DNA of 64,000 nucleotides from Candidatus Micrarchaeota archaeon (GTDB lineage: Archaea; Micrarchaeota; Micrarchaeia; Micrarchaeales; CABMGC01). The position numbers and the translations under genes were made by a program. Where the stretch lies: positions 9,437 through 73,436 of the forward strand of contig DAHWXM010000014.1 of the NCBI GenBank assembly GCA_027334165.1. The letters are read 5' to 3'. The notes beneath the pieces are model-generated. The model did not search any database, was not told the DNA's origin, and saw only the letters and a program-made list of their open reading frames with translations. Each line of letters starts with the position of its first letter. The stretch's first letter is position 1. This document shows, piece by piece, positions 42,036 to 50,998 of this stretch.

Positions 42036-44330
42036 ATGATAGATGTGGTACAGAACAGATTCAAGATATTATTGCTGTTATTGATGTTTTTAGCAGTAAT
42101 AGTTAATTTTGCATTTTATACTAATTTTGGGTACGCCTTAGGTGGAGATCAAGGGTTAAACGTTCAGAATGCAGCTGGAGTGATATCGGGACTTTACACA
42201 TGGCAGATAGGTAATTATTCTGGGTTGGCCAGTATTTTGAATTCGATATTTGGAGAAATTGTTAGCTTATTTTCATTAGGATTTTATAAAATAAATCTCG
42301 TTTTGGGATATGATTTAATTCAAAGCACATTCACGTTTATTGGATTATCAGGTATGTTTTTGTTAACATATGAATTAACTTCGAAGTATGTTAATAAAAT
42401 AAGGTATTTGGCGGCGTTTTTTGCTTCGGTAGTTTTTGCGATTAACTTCTTTTCCCATCTGAGCGACCTTAGCATACCGATAGGAATTTTTCTCCCATGG
42501 ATTTTCCTTTTTATAATCAGATTATTCTTTAAAGATGTGGAGATTAACACACATAAAAGGGATTTATTTGGACTTGTAATATCAATAACTCTCTTTATCT
42601 CTGTTGGGGGAAGTGGATATTTCATATTTAATTGCATATTGTTAGTTTTGTTGGCCATACTCACACTCTTATTTGCCGAACGGAAATCGCTTTACCGCAA
42701 TATAAAATATATTCTTATTATTGTCGCTTTGACTGCGATGATTAATGCATCGTGGATAGTAACTACATACTCGTTCATTCATCACATTGGACACACATTT
42801 TTTGGCAGCGGATCCCAAGGTACGCTTAGCGCCACTGCATTGGATCTGATGCAGACGATGCTGTCATTCGGGCCTTGGATAACATCTTCGAATTTGCAGT
42901 ATGTGCCCACGTTAGTAGGAATACTTGCAATTGCCCTATTTTCTGTATTTTCTATTAGAAAAGATAATACCAACAATAAAATAGTGTATTCGTTACTTTT
43001 TCTTTATGTATTCATGGTGGCTCTTGCAACCACCATATCCATGCCATTCGGGCAGATTTTTTCCGGTATTCTCAAATACTTCCCCTATTTGCTAACCCTT
43101 AGATACCCATACTTCGCAACACATTATGTCTTCCTCTTTCTAGTTTCGGCACTTTTTGGAGTAGGACTTGCAACGATTATGGATTATTTGATCTCCAAAA
43201 AACACAATGCTTTTCTGAACATTGGATTTGTAGTGTTTGTGATAGTGCTTGTAAGTTCTTACCTTTACTTTTTCGATTACTTGCCGATAGCTGCACAAAA
43301 TTCTGCAGTAAACATACCACAACATGTCTTCGATATATCCAATTATATAAATGCGCAGAATGGCACCTTCTCGGTGGCTACAATACCTGTTGACCCGAAT
43401 TGGCAGATAGACAATTGGTACGTTGGCGTGAATGTCTATTCTTCACTTATAAACAGCCCGGTGTATACCGGAGGTTACACATATTACAATGAGATATTCC
43501 TCCCTAATACTAAGGGAATGTATGATGACTTTGCATCTGTTGTGCAGGATACCAACATGACGAACAAGTCGGTATCGAATGTGTTTGGCGCTCTTGGTGT
43601 ACGGTACATTATAGTTCAGGGTGATGCCTTGAACAAGAGCCCCTGTGAGTATTGCTATGTAATGTCATTCAACAAAACAGATATGTACGGAAACCTTAAT
43701 GCCTCTCGGGATCTTTCATTCATTCGAAAATATGGGAATTCAAGCATTTATGAGAATCGCAATTATGTGCCCATGGTTTATGCTGCTGACGTGCAGAACC
43801 TTGGCAACATAAGTTCCTCGGAAATTCTTTCGGCGCTAGAGAACGGCAACTTTGATATACAGAATAACGCGATTTACAGCACAGACGCGTTCGGACTTTT
43901 CAATACGACCGGAAAGATGAATGTTTCTTCGATACAGGACTTCTCACAGCCGAATGTGACGTTCGATTACAATACGCCGACTCACGCGTTTGTGTACGTG
44001 CGGAATGCCACCACGCCTTATTATTTAGTCTTCCGCGAGACGTACGATCCGTACTGGCACGCGTACTATCCCAACGGCACTGCCGTGCCTTCGCGCGATC
44101 ACATTGCAGTGAACGGGTTCGCAAATGCCTGGTACATAGACAAGCCTGGAAATTACACGATATCGCTGTATTACACGCTGCAGACGGAAGCGTGGATTGC
44201 GTGGATAATCTCGTTCGCGGGATTGGGAATAACGCTGTACATAGGATACCTCGGATGGAAGGAGATGAAAAAAGAGAAGGGGGTTGAGGGCATGCTTAAC
44301 AGGATTGAAAGGAAGGGAAGCGGCAGATAG
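42036..44330 (+). CDS. Large polytopic membrane protein, possible GT-C-type glycosyltransferase or polymerase
   Basis: At least 12 hydrophobic helices in the N-terminal 430 aa, a sequon-rich soluble domain of about 300 aa, and a C-terminal TM. No WWDxG motif seen, so the function is only inferred from context. Confidence 0.6.
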   Translation: MIDVVQNRFKILLLLLMFLAVIVNFAFYTNFGYALGGDQGLNVQNAAGVISGLYTWQIGNYSGLASILNSIFGEIVSLFSLGFYKINLVLGYDLIQSTFTFIGLSGMFLLTYELTSKYVNKIRYLAAFFASVVFAINFFSHLSDLSIPIGIFLPWIFLFIIRLFFKDVEINTHKRDLFGLVISITLFISVGGSGYFIFNCILLVLLAILTLLFAERKSLYRNIKYILIIVALTAMINASWIVTTYSFIHHIGHTFFGSGSQGTLSATALDLMQTMLSFGPWITSSNLQYVPTLVGILAIALFSVFSIRKDNTNNKIVYSLLFLYVFMVALATTISMPFGQIFSGILKYFPYLLTLRYPYFATHYVFLFLVSALFGVGLATIMDYLISKKHNAFLNIGFVVFVIVLVSSYLYFFDYLPIAAQNSAVNIPQHVFDISNYINAQNGTFSVATIPVDPNWQIDNWYVGVNVYSSLINSPVYTGGYTYYNEIFLPNTKGMYDDFASVVQDTNMTNKSVSNVFGALGVRYIIVQGDALNKSPCEYCYVMSFNKTDMYGNLNASRDLSFIRKYGNSSIYENRNYVPMVYAADVQNLGNISSSEILSALENGNFDIQNNAIYSTDAFGLFNTTGKMNVSSIQDFSQPNVTFDYNTPTHAFVYVRNATTPYYLVFRETYDPYWHAYYPNGTAVPSRDHIAVNGFANAWYIDKPGNYTISLYYTLQTEAWIAWIISFAGLGITLYIGYLGWKEMKKEKGVEGMLNRIERKGSGR

Positions 44331-44576
44331 GCAGAATGGGACTGCGCAATGGCAATTCGCGGCGACCCCGTGGGAGGGGGCATTCGTGCTGGGACCCATG
44401 TCTCACAGTGGAGGATACATTTAAACGGGGTTTGGGCGGTAGGTATATCGGTACCTGAAGGGTTTTGCATTTGAGGCAGTGTGCCTTCCGCGGCACCCGC
44501 ACTCTGGCATCTGGCTGCTGATCGTTGTATGACTGCCTGCGCCTTCGCCGTGCCGATGGCCTGTTATGGTGTGCTT

Positions 44577-45539
44577 ATGGAATTTCGCATGAAGCGTGGC
44601 ATGGGGAAGGAAGATTCCGGAGCCGGAGGCTTGCTGAAGGGATTGGTACGCGGAGATCGCGCTTCTGGCAGCGTGGTGAGTCTAAAGCCCGTTCCGGTCG
44701 ATGAGATATTCGAGATCGAGGCCAGGACCGTCGGGATCGGGGCCGCGGAGGCTGACGGGCTGCGCAGGAGGTATGGCGAGTTCATCGGCAGGTTCGTGGA
44801 CGGGATTATGGCGGAGTATGGCAATGCCGGCACGGTTGAACTGTCTTCCGGAAGGGAGGCGTCCCTGCTCGCCGGCATAATGAATGCCTTCCACGGTCTA
44901 GGGACCTCCTACGGAGAGAGATCCAGGATGATAGAGGCGATGGGGGACGGCAGGTTCAACTGCTACTCATCCTCCATACTCGTCTCGGACGCGATGGTGC
45001 GGCTTGGGGTGCCAGTTGACATTGCCACGATGCCGAACCACGTGCTGCCGGTGGCTCTAAGGCACATGATAGAGACCACGCTTGAGCCGAGGGATGCGGT
45101 GCTGCCCATAAGCATGCTGGATACCAGGTACTCTCTGGTGCGGAGGGTCGGAGTGGACGGCCTCCTTGGGATAGCATGGAACAACTACGGAACCGCACTT
45201 GTGGAAAAAGGTATGGTGGTGCCAGCGCTGAAGGCTTACGACAGGGCGCTCGCGATGATACCGGGGCACGTGGGATTCCTGTTCAACAAGGGGATACTCC
45301 TGTTCGATGCCGGGTTTACCGAAGATGCGAGAAGGGTGTACAAGGAACTGCTAAGGGGAGACTCCCCCACTGTGCCTCCGCACGCATGGCAGAGGATAAG
45401 CATGGCCATGCTGATGATAGGCGATATAAAGGGCGCACTGAACGCGTGTGCCATGGCGGCCGAGGAGGAGCCGGGAGACAGGGTGGCGGCGGGGATCAGG
45501 GAGCTCCTGCTCGCAATGGTGGAAGAGAATGAGCAGTGA
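44577..45539 (+). CDS. Transglutaminase-like cysteine-peptidase-fold protein with C-terminal TPR repeats (paralogue A)
   Basis: FNCYSSSILVSDAMVRLGVPVDIA ... NHVLPV ... IETT fits a Cys-His-acid layout. The C-terminus has TPR-like NNYGTALVEKGMVVPALKAYDRALAMIP. ATG 44577 chosen by alignment with paralogue B. Confidence 0.55.
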   Translation: MEFRMKRGMGKEDSGAGGLLKGLVRGDRASGSVVSLKPVPVDEIFEIEARTVGIGAAEADGLRRRYGEFIGRFVDGIMAEYGNAGTVELSSGREASLLAGIMNAFHGLGTSYGERSRMIEAMGDGRFNCYSSSILVSDAMVRLGVPVDIATMPNHVLPVALRHMIETTLEPRDAVLPISMLDTRYSLVRRVGVDGLLGIAWNNYGTALVEKGMVVPALKAYDRALAMIPGHVGFLFNKGILLFDAGFTEDARRVYKELLRGDSPTVPPHAWQRISMAMLMIGDIKGALNACAMAAEEEPGDRVAAGIRELLLAMVEENEQ

Positions 45540-45540
45540 A

Positions 45541-45557
45541 ATCCTTTGAGAAAGGAT
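45541..45557 (+). terminator. Hairpin just after the stop codon
   Basis: ATCCTTT-GAG-AAAGGAT followed by a T-rich tract. Confidence 0.3.
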
Positions 45558-45649
45558 GTTTATTGGCAAATGATATAATAGCAATGTTTAAACAAATGTC
45601 ATATACTATAATAGTACTATTTAAATAAATGTATGTTATTAAAGGTATT

Positions 45650-46951
45650 ATGAATGTAGAAGAATTGAAGCGGGTCATATCCTCCCAGAGACAAGCAATG
45701 GAAGAACTGCTGAAGAGCGGAAGAATCGCAGAACGGCTTGTGGACAAGGAAAGGCTGAGGGGATATCTCGCGCAGCCGAACATACTTGCGATACTTGGGG
45801 TGCGGAGATCCGGCAAGGCAGTCCTAACGTGGCTTCTGTTAAAGGATATGAAATTCGGATACATCAACTTTGCGGACGAAAGGCTTAGGGGAATGAAGGC
45901 GGAGGAGTTGGACAGCGTCATGCAGGCGTTTGCGGAGCTCTACGGAGAGATGGAATACGTTGCCTTTGACGAGATTCAGAACGTGGAAGGATGGGAGCTC
46001 TTCCTCACAAGGCTAAGGACCACGAAGAGGATAATAGCTACCGGGAGCAACTCGAGAATGCTTTCTAGGGAGCTGGCTACGAGCCTGACTGGCAGGCACG
46101 TCGACTTCGAACTCTTCCCGTTCAGCTACGCGGAGTACATGGCCTACAGGAAGAAAAGCACTGTTGAAATGGAGACAGTGGAGCAGGTCGCAGAACTGAA
46201 GAACGGGCTGCGTGACTACGTAGGAAAGGGGGGATTCCCTGAGGCTGAAGCCTTCGGCACCGCAATACTGCAGGGCATATATGGCGATATACTGGAAAAG
46301 GACATCGCGGTGAGGCACTCGGTGCGTAAGCTCGGAGAGCTCAGGGAGCTTGCGGTGTACTTAATGAGCAACATAGGAAAGGAGGTGACGCTCGAGAGGC
46401 TCAAGGAAGCGGTAGGGATAAGAAGCAGCATCACAATCGGAAGGTACGTGCGCTACCTTGAAGAAGGCTATCTGGTTGTACTTTTGAACAGATTCTCGTA
46501 CAAGCTGAAGGAGCAGTTCAAGGCGCCGAAGAAGGCGTACTGCATAGACACGGGCCTTGCAAACGCGGTCTCGTTCAGGAACGGCGCGGACGACGGGAGG
46601 CTTATCGAGAACGTGGTCCTTGTGGAGTTGCTCAGGAGGAGGAGCTACCGATTTGCAAGATATGGGGTTTACTACTGGAAGGACCATGCTCAGCGCGAGG
46701 TGGATTTCGTGATAAAGGAAGGGGACAGTGTTGCCAAGCTCATACAGGTGTCCTACGTGAGTGACGCGCGCGGACTGAAGGAAAGGGAGATCGAGGCGCT
46801 GGTCAAGGCGTCTGATGAGCTGCGGTGTGACAGCATGCTCATCATAACGTGGGATTACGAGGGAGGGATAGAGAGGCACGGCAAGAGGATAGCCGTGGTG
46901 CCGTTGTGGAAGTGGCTGCTGGAAGAGGAGAAAACCTCTCGGACAGGATAG
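45650..46951 (+). CDS. COG1373-type AAA+ ATPase with a DUF4143-like (PD-(D/E)xK-like) C-terminal domain
   Basis: Walker A GVRRSGKA, Walker B FDEIQ, C-terminal REVDFVI ... LIQVSY. ATG 45650 lies about 25 nt after TATTTAAATAAA. The ORF track gives 45629. Confidence 0.75.
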   Translation: MNVEELKRVISSQRQAMEELLKSGRIAERLVDKERLRGYLAQPNILAILGVRRSGKAVLTWLLLKDMKFGYINFADERLRGMKAEELDSVMQAFAELYGEMEYVAFDEIQNVEGWELFLTRLRTTKRIIATGSNSRMLSRELATSLTGRHVDFELFPFSYAEYMAYRKKSTVEMETVEQVAELKNGLRDYVGKGGFPEAEAFGTAILQGIYGDILEKDIAVRHSVRKLGELRELAVYLMSNIGKEVTLERLKEAVGIRSSITIGRYVRYLEEGYLVVLLNRFSYKLKEQFKAPKKAYCIDTGLANAVSFRNGADDGRLIENVVLVELLRRRSYRFARYGVYYWKDHAQREVDFVIKEGDSVAKLIQVSYVSDARGLKEREIEALVKASDELRCDSMLIITWDYEGGIERHGKRIAVVPLWKWLLEEEKTSRTG

Positions 46952-47108
46952 TTGCCAATTGTGACAGGTTCTTGGCGGATTCGATGCAATGGTGCCTGTC
47001 GGGTGTTGGCGGGAGGAGAACACCACTCTAATTTAACACATTAGCAATTGGTTATTTTTACAGAATAACCAAATAGAAATAGATAAATTAAAAAACCTTC
47101 ACGAAGAG

Positions 47109-48401
47109 ATGCTGTACATGAACATCGACAACGCCGTAGGCAGATATGTCGGATACGGAAAAGAAACCGAACTCCTGGAGAGGGATACGGCGCTGAAAGA
47201 CACCAATTTCATAAGCGCGATCGTGGGGCCGAGAAGAGCAGGGAAGAGCTCGATCATGATTCTTTACATGCAAAAGTTGTATGATAACGGAGAAAACCCG
47301 GTCTTTATTAATGGCGAAGACATCGACTTTGCCGGAATCACCGCAGACAGCCTTGACGATGTGGAATCGGCAATCCACAGGATATATGATCTCGGAAAGA
47401 AGGGTAAGGCACACCTATTCATAGACGAGGTGCAGAGCCTGCCGGAATGGTCAAGATGGTTGAGAACCCTGTTCGACGAAGGAACCTACAGAATTTTTGT
47501 GTCCGGTTCGACATCGGAACTTACCAAGGAAAAGCTGCCTTCGGAGCTGCGCGGCAGAGCATTGGAAATTATGGTGCTGCCATTTTCATATAGGGAATAT
47601 TGCAATGCGAAAGGAGTGGCATACAGCAAATATCCGAAACCCGCAGATGCCGGTGCGCTAGCCGGGGCGCTCGAGGACTTCTTGGAGTACGGAGGGTATC
47701 CGGAAGTGGTTAAGACAGAAGACGCGCAGTTGAAGCGCGTTATCCTGTCAGACCTTTACAATACCGTAATAAGGCACGACCTCATAGAAAAGTACAAGAT
47801 AAGGAAAGTAAGCGAGTTCAAGGCATTTACAAATGCGATGTTTGGTTCGGCGTGCAGGCACTTGTCAGTGCCCAATCTGGTAAGATGGTTCAAGGATAAT
47901 GGAATTATGATTAGCAGCCAGACTGCGTCTAATTACGTGAATTACGCAGCCTCGGTGTTCATGGTGTACTTGCTGTATCCGTATTCAAGAAAATTGAAGG
48001 AAAGGAATACGAAACCTAAATTGTATGCGCTTGACAGCGGCATACTTGGGCTCTTTGAAAAGGACATGGGCAAAAAGCTAGAAAATACGATTCTGGTGGA
48101 ACTCGTTAGGAGGCGGAAGGAGGTCTATTACTATGATGCCGATGCCGCGGACGTGGACTTTGTTGTGATAGAAGAGGGCCGGGTTGCTGAAGTAATCCAA
48201 GTCAGTTATAGCATTGACAATGCAGAAACGTATCTGCGCGAAACCGCATCCCTCGCCAACGCCTCGAAAAAATTAAAATGCGAAAATGCACTGATCCTGA
48301 CATTTAATGAGGAAAAGACGTTGACATCGGGAGGTGTCAGGATACGCGTCGTTCCGGCCTGGAAGTGGCTGCTGGAAGAGGAGAAACCCTCCAGATACTG
48401 A
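47109..48401 (+). CDS. COG1373-type AAA+ ATPase with a DUF4143-like C-terminal domain
   Basis: Walker A GPRRAGKS, Walker B IDEVQ, C-terminal DVDFVVI ... VIQVSY. Confidence 0.75.
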   Translation: MLYMNIDNAVGRYVGYGKETELLERDTALKDTNFISAIVGPRRAGKSSIMILYMQKLYDNGENPVFINGEDIDFAGITADSLDDVESAIHRIYDLGKKGKAHLFIDEVQSLPEWSRWLRTLFDEGTYRIFVSGSTSELTKEKLPSELRGRALEIMVLPFSYREYCNAKGVAYSKYPKPADAGALAGALEDFLEYGGYPEVVKTEDAQLKRVILSDLYNTVIRHDLIEKYKIRKVSEFKAFTNAMFGSACRHLSVPNLVRWFKDNGIMISSQTASNYVNYAASVFMVYLLYPYSRKLKERNTKPKLYALDSGILGLFEKDMGKKLENTILVELVRRRKEVYYYDADAADVDFVVIEEGRVAEVIQVSYSIDNAETYLRETASLANASKKLKCENALILTFNEEKTLTSGGVRIRVVPAWKWLLEEEKPSRY

Positions 48402-48470
48402 TGGACTTTGTTTTCGAAGAGCGTGCAATTGCACGTCTGCCTTTTAATTTATTGCACGTCATGAAGTATC

Positions 48471-49646
48471 ATGCGCGTGCGTGGGGACGCAGCCGCAAGG
48501 CAGCAGAGGGAGCTGGACAAGCGGTACGGGCCGGTGAAGGAGTTGTTCAGGCGGCGGGCCGAGGAAGCGGGAGCCGTGCTGCTGGTTGACACCCCTTCGA
48601 TGCGTGAGATAACGGACCTACAGAGGATGGACAGGCACTTCAGGACGTACCTTGGCACGGTGCACGAGCTTGCGATAAGGAACGCAAGGACGCTGGTCGG
48701 GCTGTACAACGCAAGGGTGAATGGCCGCATGCGCGAGGTGCACGTGGTGTGGATGTTCGGCGATGCTGGAAGCGTGATAGGCAGGAACAGGGACTTCTTT
48801 GAGGAGATAGGCTCGATCAGGGACGATGATGAAACCGCGTTCAGGAAGGTGCCGAGCCGCATCTTTGAGAAGCTGTACCGGGAGCCTGGGCTCCTTGCGC
48901 TCGCCAACGAGGCGCTGGTGCTGGCATACGCAGACGCTCTTGAATTCCATCGTTGGAAGGTGATGCCGAAGGGAATGGTGGTTACCGGCACGGGGCTCAT
49001 GGCAGCGGTGCAGATGAACCATGTGGCAGAGTTCGGGAACGACGCGCTCGGGATAGAGGTAGGCACCGGGATGATCGAGGCCATACTCGGCGGAAAGGGT
49101 CTTGGCGTGGAGGAGCTGCGCAGGCGCATGGCCCCGATACTTGTGCATGAGATGGTTCACCTTCAGGACCGGGGGAACGGGGAGGCTCACGCCCATGCAA
49201 TAGAGGCGATCATGCTGTGGCAGGAAGGCCAGGACGGCAGGGACGTGTTCAGGGACAGGATCGCTGGATTCGAGAAGGTTGCCGCGGCTGATGGAACGTT
49301 CGGGAAAGACTACGACTCGCAGGCATACCTTGGCATTCTGCTCGCGATGGAGGAGCTGGCGAAGTGCAACGCGGACATAGCCGCGGCCTTCGCAAAAGAC
49401 GCTTCGATGTACAAGACTCTGGCGGTGTCTGCCTCGCTGGACATGGTGAGACGGGAAGACATGGTTAAGGCCAAGGAGAGGGGATTCGTTGAGAGAGTGC
49501 TAGGAATGAGCATTCTTGAAAGGACGAACGCAGCGGCGCTAAGAGTGGCGCTTGGCGAAGATGCGGTCCGCACGATTCCACTGCGCGGCCTCGTGCGCGA
49601 TGAAGCGCCCAAGGCCGGCGGGATCAGTGCCGCGCCTCATGGGTGA
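48471..49646 (+). CDS. Hypothetical protein with an HExxH zinc-metallopeptidase motif
   Basis: APILVHEMVHLQDRGNGEAHAHAIEAI contains HExxH plus a downstream Glu. Nothing else recognised. Confidence 0.5.
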   Translation: MRVRGDAAARQQRELDKRYGPVKELFRRRAEEAGAVLLVDTPSMREITDLQRMDRHFRTYLGTVHELAIRNARTLVGLYNARVNGRMREVHVVWMFGDAGSVIGRNRDFFEEIGSIRDDDETAFRKVPSRIFEKLYREPGLLALANEALVLAYADALEFHRWKVMPKGMVVTGTGLMAAVQMNHVAEFGNDALGIEVGTGMIEAILGGKGLGVEELRRRMAPILVHEMVHLQDRGNGEAHAHAIEAIMLWQEGQDGRDVFRDRIAGFEKVAAADGTFGKDYDSQAYLGILLAMEELAKCNADIAAAFAKDASMYKTLAVSASLDMVRREDMVKAKERGFVERVLGMSILERTNAAALRVALGEDAVRTIPLRGLVRDEAPKAGGISAAPHG

Positions 49647-50175
49647 ACGCAGACCTTAGGGACACGTTCGCGGCGGAGTCGGCATCGATACTGACGTTTC
49701 CTACAAGCTTCATGTTTCCCGTGAGCCTCACTGCACTTTCGGTATTTAGCCCTATGGCAACATTTCCTGACATCTCTATGTTTCCGTATATCTCGAAGTT
49801 GCCTGAGAGGCTCGAGCCATCGTTCAGACGCACGTTGCCGTCAATGTAACCGGAACCGGCAATTATCGATGCGGTCTGCGCTATGTACACATTCCTTCCG
49901 ATGTTGACGCTTTCCGGAGACTCGACAAATCCACCCAAGGTGCCATCGGGGTTCGTGTGCCTTGCAAACGCCAGGGAAGGCAGTCCGTCAAGCGCGCTGT
50001 TGGGCAGGCGCACCGTCAACTCCCTCACGTTCGGGTTGGAGCCCACCCGATGCAGTGCACGGAGCATGTTCCTCATTCCGTTCTTTGCGCTGTTAAAGTC
50101 CACGCGGATCTCCACTCTCGGAGCCGCGGTCTCTGCTGCCTTCGCTATGCTCAGCCGTGGTATTTTTTGCTCCAT
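49624..50175 (-). CDS. Bactofilin-like beta-helix repeat protein
   Basis: Repetitive G-N-[VIF]-x-[ILV] pattern (GNVRLNDGSSLSGNFEIYGNIEMSGNVAIG ... TGNMKLVGNVSI). Its 3' end overlaps 48471..49646 by 23 nt. Confidence 0.5.
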   Translation of the reverse strand: MEQKIPRLSIAKAAETAAPRVEIRVDFNSAKNGMRNMLRALHRVGSNPNVRELTVRLPNSALDGLPSLAFARHTNPDGTLGGFVESPESVNIGRNVYIAQTASIIAGSGYIDGNVRLNDGSSLSGNFEIYGNIEMSGNVAIGLNTESAVRLTGNMKLVGNVSIDADSAANVSLRSAFTHEARH

Positions 50176-50264
50176 GATAACCGATGAGTAAGGGTCTGTT
50201 TTTCTATTTAAAGTTTTTCTGCAGATTCACTGTTGAGAAGGCTTTTGCCAAATGTTCATTGTAA

Positions 50265-50280
50265 TTATCAAAAATGATAA
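50265..50280. promoter_or_regulatory. 16-bp palindrome, candidate AbiEi operator (copy 1)
   Basis: TTATCAAAAATGATAA is identical to the copy at 50327..50342. Confidence 0.5.
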
Positions 50281-50326
50281 GTAGAAAGATATAAATATGA
50301 AAAATCTTAAGTATTGTGTATAATAC

Positions 50327-50342
50327 TTATCAAAAATGATAA
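50327..50342. promoter_or_regulatory. 16-bp palindrome, candidate AbiEi operator (copy 2)
   Basis: TTATCAAAAATGATAA lies immediately before ATG 50345. TAAGTAT-N8-ATACTTA sits between the two copies. Confidence 0.5.
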
Positions 50343-50344
50343 TT

Positions 50345-50998
50345 ATGAAAACAGAACAGTTCATCGGGGAGTTGAAAAAACTTCGAAAAGGGGTTTTCAG
50401 GGAGAACGAAGCCTGCAGGATACTCGGAAACAGCAGAGGCTACTGCAATCTATACCTGCACAGGCTCGTCAAAAGAGGACGCATATTCAGACTTGCGCGT
50501 GGCACGTATGCTCTTCCCGAATGCAGCATTCTGGAAATGGCGGGATCGGTGATTGCTTCGTCTTATGTAACAGGGCTTGCAGCGTTATTTTACCATGGAG
50601 TAATAAACCAGGAACCGCTAAGCACGGATGTCGCAAGAATAGGCAGGAACAGAAAATTAACGGTACGCGGACCTTTCGGAACACTAGAGGTACACACACA
50701 TGGAATTCCGAAAAGGGCTTTTTTTGGATACGCGAGAGTTTCCGGCAATATAGGTGAATTCCTGGTAGCGGATAAAGAGAAAGCTATAATCGATTTGCTG
50801 CTGTTTTACGGCAGGAAGCAGCTCTTCAGGGTTCAGAGCGTGGTGGCCAATGACTTCGTAGACAGGGGCGTGCTCGGCAAATATGCAGCAATGCTTGGCA
50901 AAGGCAGAAAGGCCAAGATGGTGCATGAATTTGTAGAAGAGTTCATTGCAGAGAATGCCACTGCGAAAAGGATCGGTGAAACAAATGATGGAATTTGA
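50345..50998 (+). CDS. AbiEi-family antitoxin / wHTH regulator (intact)
   Basis: N-terminal wHTH (ACRILGNSRGYCNLYLHRLVKRGRIFRLARGTY), then SYVTGLAALFYHGV and KEKAIIDLLLF, as in AbiEi/COG5340 proteins. Confidence 0.7.
   Translation: MKTEQFIGELKKLRKGVFRENEACRILGNSRGYCNLYLHRLVKRGRIFRLARGTYALPECSILEMAGSVIASSYVTGLAALFYHGVINQEPLSTDVARIGRNRKLTVRGPFGTLEVHTHGIPKRAFFGYARVSGNIGEFLVADKEKAIIDLLLFYGRKQLFRVQSVVANDFVDRGVLGKYAAMLGKGRKAKMVHEFVEEFIAENATAKRIGETNDGI

Larger units (their letters stand above)
34607..43400. other. AT-rich glycosylation gene island (probable horizontal acquisition)
   Basis: Composition drops abruptly at the ATPase stop codon. Hand-counted 60-nt lines inside give about 18-37% GC against about 43-63% in the flanks. 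The right edge is diffuse and lies inside ORF 42036..44330. Confidence 0.6.

Noticed and set aside
42036-44330. Calling the 764-aa membrane protein an AglB/STT3 oligosaccharyltransferase.
   Set aside because: No WWDxG motif or other STT3 signature could be found by eye (the nearest string is DNWYVG). It is left as a generic GT-C-like candidate.
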